From a virus: 64,000 nt of DNA. Each line of letters starts with the position of its first letter. Position 1 is the stretch's first letter. Shown here piece by piece: positions 42,135 through 50,844 of the stretch. The notes under the pieces are model-generated. The model had not been told where the DNA came from, did no database searches, and saw only the letters and a program-made list of their open reading frames with translations. A program made the translations under genes and the position numbers. The DNA is taken from the IMG/VR virus record IMGVR_UViG_3300033181_000231, one strand, 5' to 3'.

Positions 42135-42656
42135 CTATTGATTAGCACTGCGCCTTATGAGGTGGTAGCAGCTATAACAGTAACCTTTCGCCTCATGATG
42201 GTGTTCCGTGCGGCCACAAGAGACGCAGGCATCGTACCGGCGTGACCATGGGCGCGGCTGGGCCATCATCTCGTGGACGTGCAGGCGCTTATGTTGACTG
42301 GCGGAAAGGACCACAAGGTTGGAGGGGTCATTATTCGTAACGTTACGATCTTTGTGGTGGACGTGCTCGGTGGGCAAAAGTGGTCGGCCCAACACCTGTT
42401 CCATCACGAGGCGATGCTCACCGACGCGCTTTCCGGGTGACACATACACACCAATATAACCCTCTGTTTCGACAACCGTACCGCCCTTCCATGTGGGGCT
42501 GTCAGGGCCGAGAAGGGTACGACGGCACAGACCCCGACAAGCCACGGAGCAGAAGCGTCCGCGCCCCTGCTTGAGGCTACTGGGATAGACAAAAAACGCG
42601 GTTCCACATATCTCGCACGTGGCATTGGGGGTGTGCTTGGTATCATTGAGGCGCAT
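42135..42656 (-). CDS. HNH homing endonuclease (HNH_3)
   Basis: 'EHRLVMEQVLGRPL...VHHKD.N..NN...NLVVL....H...H'. N-terminal Zn motif. Confidence 0.9.
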   Translation of the reverse strand: MRLNDTKHTPNATCEICGTAFFVYPSSLKQGRGRFCSVACRGLCRRTLLGPDSPTWKGGTVVETEGYIGVYVSPGKRVGEHRLVMEQVLGRPLLPTEHVHHKDRNVTNNDPSNLVVLSASQHKRLHVHEMMAQPRPWSRRYDACVSCGRTEHHHEAKGYCYSCYHLIRRSANQ

Positions 42657-42739
42657 TGGTGACTCCTATCACTGTGCCATTGGAGCGGGCCGTTAGAGCG
42701 GTCGCGCTCCTTTTATTTTACCACGGAGGTTTACCCTTC

Positions 42740-43134
42740 AGGGGCGGGAGCCCAGGCGCTGTAGCCCTGGGAGGAAGCCCTCTACTTTAGCGGCTTTAGC
42801 CCACATAAACTGTGAGCACGGGACGCTTGAATGTGGTAAAATGAAGGTGCGCGTCAAGGCACACCTTCGGGTGAAACGGTTTAAGCGCACGGGCGAGAGG
42901 AGACCTCCTCACAGCCTTTTTGTTGGGGTAACTCCCAACGGGCCGGTCCAGAGCAGCGTCCCCTGCCCGCACACGCGGGGCAAGGACGGAAGTCTCCGCA
43001 AGGGGGCGACTGGACATCAGATCACCCGGCCCCGTCGCCCTGCGCGACGCACGTTGGTTCGCCAGCGTGGAAGCCCTGCCCGTCTCCTTGATGGGTGAGG
43101 GCAAGCCCATCCGCTTTAGCGGTGGGTAGGTGAC
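42740..43134. mobile_element. Non-autonomous IS200/IS605-family element (~395 bp)
   Basis: Left end AGGGG..AGCCCAGGCGCTGTAGCCCTGGGAGGAAGCCC (same core as the 16.8-kb left end). Right end CAAGCCCATCCGCTTTAGCGGTGGGTAGGTGAC. No transposase. Confidence 0.7.
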
Positions 43135-43252
43135 TTTCCCCCTACGTCCACTTCATTCACTAATCCTCTACCCGGCCACCGCTGACCCCACGCCCCGACC
43201 GCTAGCATGCGCCCCGCCGCGCATCTCACCGCTCCACCAGAGGAGGTCCGCC

Positions 43253-46200
43253 ATGCCGCGCGCGTCCGTTCGTCGCCTCTCGCTCGCCGCCCTCTGGCGC
43301 GTCCTCCTCGTGCTGGCGCTCATCGCCGCGTCGTTCGCGGCCGGACGCGTCAGCGCGCCCACCGGCCCCTCGGCTCCCGTCACAACGGCTCCCACGACCT
43401 TTCCCGCGCCGCTGCTCACCCCGGCGTTCGGTCCCGCGTTCACGGGACACTACCCCGACCTCATGGGCGGCGGCGCGTACACGCCGGACATCGCGCCGGT
43501 GGCGGTGACGACGACGCAAAGCCTGGGGACGGTTCCCCCCAGTCTGCTGGGCGTCAATGTCGTGCCGCAGTACGACCCCAATATCCTGGATAGCGCGACG
43601 ACCTCCGCGATGAGCCAGGCGGGCATCAAGGTTTTCCGCTGGCCGGGCGGCTTCCCCGGCTTGATCTACCACTGGCAGGCGAACTGCTGGACGAACAAAG
43701 ACAACACTCCGACGCGCTGCGCCGACACGGGCATGCCCAATGAGTATGGCGCCGATAACCCACAGAACACGCTCGACGCCCAACCGTTTTCGTCGTTTAT
43801 GAGCATGGTCAAAGCAGCCGGGGGTAAGGCTGTTATTGAAGTCAATACCCTGAATAACTACACGGGCCAGTCGTCGATGCTCAACACCGCCACGCCTCAC
43901 ACGGGCCTGTGGGACGCCCAACTTCTCAACGATGGCGCGGCCGTGTGGCAACCCGCGACCGGGGTCGTCAGCGGCACGACATACGTCACGTCTGTCTGGG
44001 CCAGGGGGACAACAGGGGGGACGGCTCGCCTACGTCTCTACGAAAACGATACCAATAACGCTATCCTTGGAGATCAGACGTTTACCCTCACCTCGTCCTG
44101 GCAGCAATACAGCATAACGGCGCTTGCTGGAGCCAACGGTTTGCGTCCGAATATCGCGGCCATCGGAAATGGAGGTGTCTTTATTGACGACGCCGCCGTC
44201 ACCGCCCAGGGGTCCTCGTCAAACCTTCTGACCAACCCTGGCTTTGACGCCACGTCCAGTCGGACGGGCAAGGTCGGAACGTTCGACGGGTGGAACCAGT
44301 TCGGCGGCAACTCCAACGCCGATCCCCAGGAAACCGCCGGGTGGGTCACGCACGAGATCCAGAACGGCGACGCGCCCTACATCCTGAACTTTGGCCTTGG
44401 CAACGAGGACTACAACCAGAGCGGCAGCCATAGCGCCGCGTACCCGTCCATCGCCCACACCCTCGCCCAGGCCATGCAGGCGGCCGCGACGGCCCAGAAC
44501 ACGACCATCCACATCGCAGTGGACGCGTGGGACGCCGTGAACTACTTCGAGGGCGGCGCGGGCGACACGTACACGGTCAACGCCCTGAGCGCGACGTGCG
44601 GCGATGCCATGGTCGATACGATGGACAACCACTTTTACACGGGCGCGAGCCTGGACAGCAACCTGCTGCGCACCAATCCGACCGAGGAGGTCTGGCGCGC
44701 GTCCGTGTACGACATGCCGGGGCGCGTCGCCAAACTCAAGGCCAATATCACATCCGCGTGTCCCGCCAAGTCCGCGACCATGGGCATCGTCTCGGGTGAG
44801 TTCAACTCCGATGGCAGCCACGGCGAGGCGCCGCAAAACAGCAGTCTCGTCAACGCACTGTTCACGGCCGACAATATTAGCTCGCTAGCGACGCACGGCG
44901 TCAGCAGCGTCATGTTTTTCGACCAGCACGACGGCACGCGCTACAATCAGCCGACCACCGGCAACTTTGGCAACGGTCTCTACGGCGCGGGCACAACCAC
45001 GGGGTCGTGGGGAATGCTCTCGCTCACGCCCGGCTACAATGGCGAGGGCTTTGGCGCGACGGGACCGACTATTCCCGGTGCAAACTATGCCTATCCCGCC
45101 TACCACGCCTACAGCCTGCTTAACAATGTGTACGGCGCGGGCGGCACGATGGTCGCGGCCTCCAACCCGGCCTCCGCGCTCTCGTCCTATGCCACGACGG
45201 CGGCCGACGGCTCCGTCCGCGCGCTCCTGGTCAACCGCTCGTCGTCCGTGACATTCACCGTGCCCCTCGCGGTCGCGGGCGCCAATGGGACGCCGTTCAC
45301 GGGCAACGGATACATGCAAACGCGCGTGTACGGGCCCGCGCAATCGGCGGCGGGACCGGCGCCGGTCGGGACAAGCGCCGCCGCGCCCGTCTCCACGACC
45401 ACCCCCTACAGCGGTCAGCCCGTCGTCACGCTCCCGGCCTACACGATAGCGGCGGTGACACTGTACCCGGCAAGCGCCGCCGTCCCCGCCACCAGCACGC
45501 CCGTCGTGCCCACCGCAACCCCGATCCAATCCAGTACGCCCACGCCCGGCCCCACCGTCGGGAACGCGGCGACCGCGCCCCAGGCCCCGCTCAGTGGCCT
45601 CTACAACGCGGTTGGCATCGTTGCGGACGGAACGACCTTCACGGGCGCGTCGGCCGTGGACGGCTGCTGCGCCAACTACAGCAGCAACGCGCTGACGGCG
45701 GCGGGCTTCACCCTCGGCGGCACGTTTAGCTATGGCGGCGCGACCTTCACGACCCCACCCACGACGGGCAACAACGCGCTGACCTTTGCAGGCCAGACGG
45801 TCTCCTTCGGCGGCTATGTCGCCGGCGCGCGTCTCTCGCTGCTGGGGTTCGCCACGGGCGGCGATAAAACAGACACGGTGACGCTCCACTACGCGGACGG
45901 CACGAGCGCCCCCGCAACGCTGACGATCCCCGACTGGACCTCGACCACGGCCCCGCCCACGGGCGTCTCCGTGGCGGTCCAGACAACGTACCGCGTCTCC
46001 ACGAACGGGACACAGGACACGGGCAGCAAACCCCGCGTGTACAACATCGATTTGCCGATCGCCAAATCCCTCGCGTCCTTCACGCTGCCCACGAACAGCG
46101 GACTGCACCTGCTGGCCGCGACGGTCAACACCACGGCCTACCCGGCGACCGCGACCCCCACCGCGATAAACACGCCAACGGGCACGCCCGTCCCGACCAA

Positions 46201-46987
46201 TACCCCCGATGCCAACGGGTTTACGAACGCGCTCCAGAACAACGGCTTCGAGTTTGGTTCGTTCGCGGGGTGGGATACCGTCACGAACGCGACAGTCACC
46301 ACGACCGCGCCCCACGCCGGAACGTATGCCGCGTCGTTTCCCGCGACCGGTGGTTCTGTCGCCCAAAACGCGGGGAGCCTCACGTCGGGGCTTGCCTACA
46401 ACGCCGGGGCGTGGGTCAAGGTGGCGACGGCGGGCGATTGTGTCACGCTCATCGTGACGGGCTTCAACGGCCACCTGGGGCAGGCAGGGAGCTGCTTCTA
46501 CCCCCTCGTCAACACCTGGACCTATATCGCCGTGCCGTTCGTCACGGGCGGGACGGATACCAACGCCCTCGTGACCATCAGCGCGCCCGCGACGAACGGT
46601 GGCGCGACCTATGTCGACGACACGGCGGTGTTGCCCGCGACCGCGCCGCAAGCCGCCACGCCGTACCCGAGCATGGCGCCACTGACCGTCCTCATCAACA
46701 CGACCACGCGCGCGCCCGTCGTGGTCATGACGGGGCAAACCGAGACGATCACGGTCACGCTCGCGACGACGACGGGCGCGCAGGTGACGGGGGCCACGCT
46801 CTCCTGTGCCATCACGGGGCCAGCGGGGCAGGCGGTCACGACCGTGACCACGCCCAACTTGACCATCCCCGCGGGCGCGCCGACGACGTTCACCGCGACG
46901 TGGGTCGTCCCCGCCGGGTCGCCGCTCGGCGTGTACACGGTCCAACCCAGCGTCCTCTCGGCGGCGGGCGCCCGCATCAGTAATTAG
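43253..46987 (+). CDS. Secreted multidomain glycoside hydrolase (clan GH-A, GH44/51/79-like) with CBM4/9-like and Ig-like domains
   Basis: AGGAGG RBS. Signal/anchor 'LWRVLLVLALIAASFAAG'. 'VFRWPGG', 'FGLGNEDY', 'SGEFN'. 'NxLxNxGFE' CBM motifs. Confidence 0.8.
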   Translation: MPRASVRRLSLAALWRVLLVLALIAASFAAGRVSAPTGPSAPVTTAPTTFPAPLLTPAFGPAFTGHYPDLMGGGAYTPDIAPVAVTTTQSLGTVPPSLLGVNVVPQYDPNILDSATTSAMSQAGIKVFRWPGGFPGLIYHWQANCWTNKDNTPTRCADTGMPNEYGADNPQNTLDAQPFSSFMSMVKAAGGKAVIEVNTLNNYTGQSSMLNTATPHTGLWDAQLLNDGAAVWQPATGVVSGTTYVTSVWARGTTGGTARLRLYENDTNNAILGDQTFTLTSSWQQYSITALAGANGLRPNIAAIGNGGVFIDDAAVTAQGSSSNLLTNPGFDATSSRTGKVGTFDGWNQFGGNSNADPQETAGWVTHEIQNGDAPYILNFGLGNEDYNQSGSHSAAYPSIAHTLAQAMQAAATAQNTTIHIAVDAWDAVNYFEGGAGDTYTVNALSATCGDAMVDTMDNHFYTGASLDSNLLRTNPTEEVWRASVYDMPGRVAKLKANITSACPAKSATMGIVSGEFNSDGSHGEAPQNSSLVNALFTADNISSLATHGVSSVMFFDQHDGTRYNQPTTGNFGNGLYGAGTTTGSWGMLSLTPGYNGEGFGATGPTIPGANYAYPAYHAYSLLNNVYGAGGTMVAASNPASALSSYATTAADGSVRALLVNRSSSVTFTVPLAVAGANGTPFTGNGYMQTRVYGPAQSAAGPAPVGTSAAAPVSTTTPYSGQPVVTLPAYTIAAVTLYPASAAVPATSTPVVPTATPIQSSTPTPGPTVGNAATAPQAPLSGLYNAVGIVADGTTFTGASAVDGCCANYSSNALTAAGFTLGGTFSYGGATFTTPPTTGNNALTFAGQTVSFGGYVAGARLSLLGFATGGDKTDTVTLHYADGTSAPATLTIPDWTSTTAPPTGVSVAVQTTYRVSTNGTQDTGSKPRVYNIDLPIAKSLASFTLPTNSGLHLLAATVNTTAYPATATPTAINTPTGTPVPTNTPDANGFTNALQNNGFEFGSFAGWDTVTNATVTTTAPHAGTYAASFPATGGSVAQNAGSLTSGLAYNAGAWVKVATAGDCVTLIVTGFNGHLGQAGSCFYPLVNTWTYIAVPFVTGGTDTNALVTISAPATNGGATYVDDTAVLPATAPQAATPYPSMAPLTVLINTTTRAPVVVMTGQTETITVTLATTTGAQVTGATLSCAITGPAGQAVTTVTTPNLTIPAGAPTTFTATWVVPAGSPLGVYTVQPSVLSAAGARISN

Positions 46988-47012
46988 CCGAGACAGGGAG
47001 AGGAGAAGCCTA

Positions 47013-50000
47013 ATGGTAGCGCCCGCCGTGGCGACCGACGCGCTTCAGGCGCGCAACGCGGCCGAACTAACGGCCTGGAGCCGGAACTGGCTCCAGAAGT
47101 ACGGCGTCGCGGGCTACGTGGGCGAGTTCGGCGTGCCCAACGCCGCCTACGGCGTCGCGGCCGACGCGCCGTTGTGGGCGGCGGACGTGGACGTGTATCT
47201 GAAGCAGGCCGAATACCTGGGTGTCCACACGACGTAGTGGGCCTCGGGCGACAACTGGCCCTCCTACAATCTGGGCGTCTACACCGAGGGCGCGGCCGCG
47301 TCCGGCACGAACATCACGACGGCACAATCCATTGCCGCTACGGCCGAGGCGCACCCCGACACCGCGACGCTCTTCCACGGTCAAAACGTCAGTGGGTGGG
47401 AGGGGCCGGGCGGCGGCTATACCAACAGCCGCACGTCGACGCTCTACACCACGTCGGCCGCCTCCTTCTCCTACCTGGCCTCGCGCGGCGTTAAGACGGT
47501 GCGCCTGCCCATGATGTGGGAGGCGTTACAGCCCACGCTCAACGCGCCGCTCGACACGACGAAGTTGGGCGACCTCAATACAATGATTCAGGGCGCGTCA
47601 GCAGCAGGCATACGATTGTCTTTGGACCTCCATAATTATGCGCGGTACACGGATTCAAACAACATTCCACAGACTTTAACGCGTGTTGGAAGCCCACTCA
47701 ATGCGTCCCATTTGGAAGACTTCTGGGTGCGCCTCTCGACGTGGGTACGCGCCGACCCGACGCGCAACAGTACGGTGTTCGCGTACGACCTCATGAATGA
47801 GCCGCACGACTTGACCGGCGAGACCGGAGCCTATGTCGTCGGCACGAACATCTACGACTTCGAGACACAGGCGCAGGTGACGACCCCGACATGGGGGGAT
47901 ACACCTGTTTGGGATACTTCGGCCGCGTATACGGGCTCACACTCTCTTGGTGTAACACCCGGCTCGGGCGGCGGCAACGTGCTCGACGGCACGGCGCACT
48001 CTTACGCCTCGGGGTCAAACCTGCGCTGCTACTGCTATATCCCGGCGGGCGCGACCGGCACGCTCACCGCGCGCATCGTCATTCAGGCAAGCGCGACGGG
48101 CAGCGGCTACAGCAATTACACGCAGTACAGCAACAACCAAAACACGACCCTGACCCCCGGCCAGTGGACGCTGGTGGAGTGGGCCAACTGCCCCGCGTTC
48201 CTCCTCGCCAATATCGGGCAGATGGGCGTCTACTTCGGTGGCGCGGGCTTTACCGGCTCCGTCAAAGCCAACATCGACGACCTCTCAGTGGGGGCCGTGA
48301 CGGGCGCGTACAACCCGAATCAGGTGTGGGAGTACATCAGCCAGCGGGCAGTCTCCGGGCTGCGCTACGGGCTGGTGGGGGCCACATCAGGCCCCATCGT
48401 GGACACGCATACCATCATGGTCTCCGGCAACAACTACAGTTCGCTCGTCAACTGGATCGGCGCGCACCCCCAACCGTGGATCACCGACCCGGTTGTGGGT
48501 GGGACGATTTACGAAAGTCATCACTATTGGGACTCGCAAAGTGGCTATCAGCGCAGCGGCACCTACTCGCTGAACAACGCCAACCTGCCGTATAGCACGG
48601 AGTTGGCGAACGCCCAGAGCCAGGGCTACACCGCCACGCCCACGGTCACAACGCTCTCGCCCACGTCCGCCTCCGTCGGGGCCACCGTGACGGTCACGGG
48701 GACAAACTTCACGAACGTCAGCGGCGTGACCGTTGGCGGTGTTGCCGCCACGACCTACAGCGTGGCCTCGGCCACCAGCCTGACCGTCACCGTCCCCACG
48801 GGGGTTGCGACGGGACAGAGCGTGCAGGTCGCCGTTACGACGCAGAGCGGGACAACACCGGCTGGAGCCGCGTCTACCCTCGCGGTGGTCGCGCCCTCGC
48901 CCACGATCACGGGCTTCTCGCCCAACCCCGCGCCGGTCGGGAACACCGTCACCGTGACGGGCGCGGCGCTCACGGGGGCCACGGCGGTCACGGTCAACGG
49001 CACGGCGGGCACAGGCATTGTCGTCGCCTCCGGGGGCGCATCCTTGACGTTTATTGTTGGCGCGGGTTCGACCTCGGGGCCGATCGTGGTCACGACGCCG
49101 GCCGGAACCGCTACCTCGTCCACCAGCTTGACCATCGGGGCGCTGGTGGCGGGCGTGCGGCCCTTCTACTGGAGCGGCCTGCCAGGTGGGACAATCCCCA
49201 CGGCCGCCAACTTCACCTCCGAAAAAAGCGCGGGGGTCAAGGCCCACGTCGTCACCGCCAGGTGGGCCAACTACTACACATCCCTCTATGCGTCTGGCGT
49301 GTACACCCCCGTCAAGAACACGTCGTACATCAACGGCATTAAGACGGAGATCGCCAACGCGCAGGCGGCGGGCCTGGACGTGATGATCAACTGGCACACC
49401 GGCGCGGCGCACCCGGACCTTTTTGCCAACGAGTCAAACGCGCGCTTCGTCGATCAAAACGGCCTGGCCTACACGCAGGGCCAGAACGGGGCCGACAGCG
49501 GCGACGCGGGCGACGCCAACCTCGTGTTCAACAGCACGCTCCGCACGCGGGCGCAGGCGTTCCTCTCTGACCTCATGAGCGACCTTGTGACACCCTACGG
49601 CATCACCTGTATCCGCGCCGCCAACGGCCACTTCGGGGAGTGGGGCTATCCGCCTTTCCACATCGGCGCGTCCGGTAATTCGACCGTCAACTACTGGGGT
49701 TTTGACGCACTGGCCCAGGCCGACCGCCAGAGCTACGCCACCGCGAACAGTAAAACCATCGCGGGGACATGGCGACCGGGGAACGCGTCGCCCAATGGCG
49801 AGGCGCGCACATTCATCCAGTGGTACTACCAACGCCAGGTGGACTACGGCAACTGGAGCATCCAGGCATGCCGCAACGTCGGCTTCAGTGGGCCGGTGAT
49901 GCTCCTCATGCCGGGCTTCGGTGTTCGGCATGGTTCGGCGGCGAACCTGCTGGCCGGGTCAAACCCCGATGTGGACGCCGCCGTCACGGCCAACCTCAAC

Positions 50001-50762
50001 GGCACGTCCACGTTTGAGCCGTCGGGCGAGATCAGCACGGGGCACTGGTTCCAGGGCATGATCGCGCAGATGACGGACACAAAGGCGATTCCCGAATGTA
50101 CCTGGATCGACTGCGGCTACCCCGCCGTCACGCTGGGCGGCGTCTCGTATCCGAACAATGGCCTGGGCATCACGCTGACCTACAGCGGCGCTGATCCCTC
50201 GCAGGGGTACTGGGGGCCGTACCGCCGCATCGCCTACTACGCGTCCCTCAAAACGCCGCAACTGCGGACCTTTGGCGAGATGACATCCACCAATCACCTG
50301 GGCGCGCTCGACTGGGCGGTCAAGGAGATGCTGGCAGGTAAGGGCGTTGGGCTAGCTTATTTTCAGGAGGCCGATCTGTTCAACGGATCCGCCTCCACCG
50401 TCCAGTTGGCGGGCTACGGGTCGTACATTACGGCCAACCCCGACAGCGCGTACAGCGGGCCAAGCAGCGCCGCGGCGCGGATCGTGTCCGCCGCGGCCAC
50501 CCCCACCGTCCCCGTGGCGGGGGGCGTTGTCACCCTCGCGCTCACCGTCCAGGCGTTCAGCGCCATCGCCGCCACCGTCACCTGGACGATCCAGGACGCG
50601 GGCGGCGCGACCGTCACGACCGTGACCGCGCCGCTCTCGCTGGCGGCTGGAGCGACCGGGACCGCCTCGGGGACGTGGACCGTGCCCGTGGGCGCGGCGG
50701 GCGGGGCCGCTTACGCGATCTACGCCGCCGTCACGGACAGCGGGGGCGCGTCACTCATCTAA
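47013..50762 (+). pseudogene. Circularly permuted GH5 + CBM insert + 2 IPT/TIG + second GH (GH42/GH14-like) + Ig; in-frame TAG at 47235-47237
   Basis: 47013 and 47499 ORFs are in one frame. 'GYVGEFG', 'HTT*WASG' precede 'VKTVRLPMMWE', 'DLHNY', 'YDLMNEPH'. Confidence 0.75.
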
Positions 50763-50844
50763 GCGACGCGCGAATCCCTGAACATGTACCCCCGCGCGGG
50801 CATGGCATGCCCGCACACACGCTAGACGAATGAGAGGACGACGT

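Noticed and set aside
11098-47237. Stop-codon reassignment as the explanation for the internal stops
   Set aside because: The two stops differ (TAA, TAG), many genes end normally in TAG or TAA, and no suppressor tRNA is seen.
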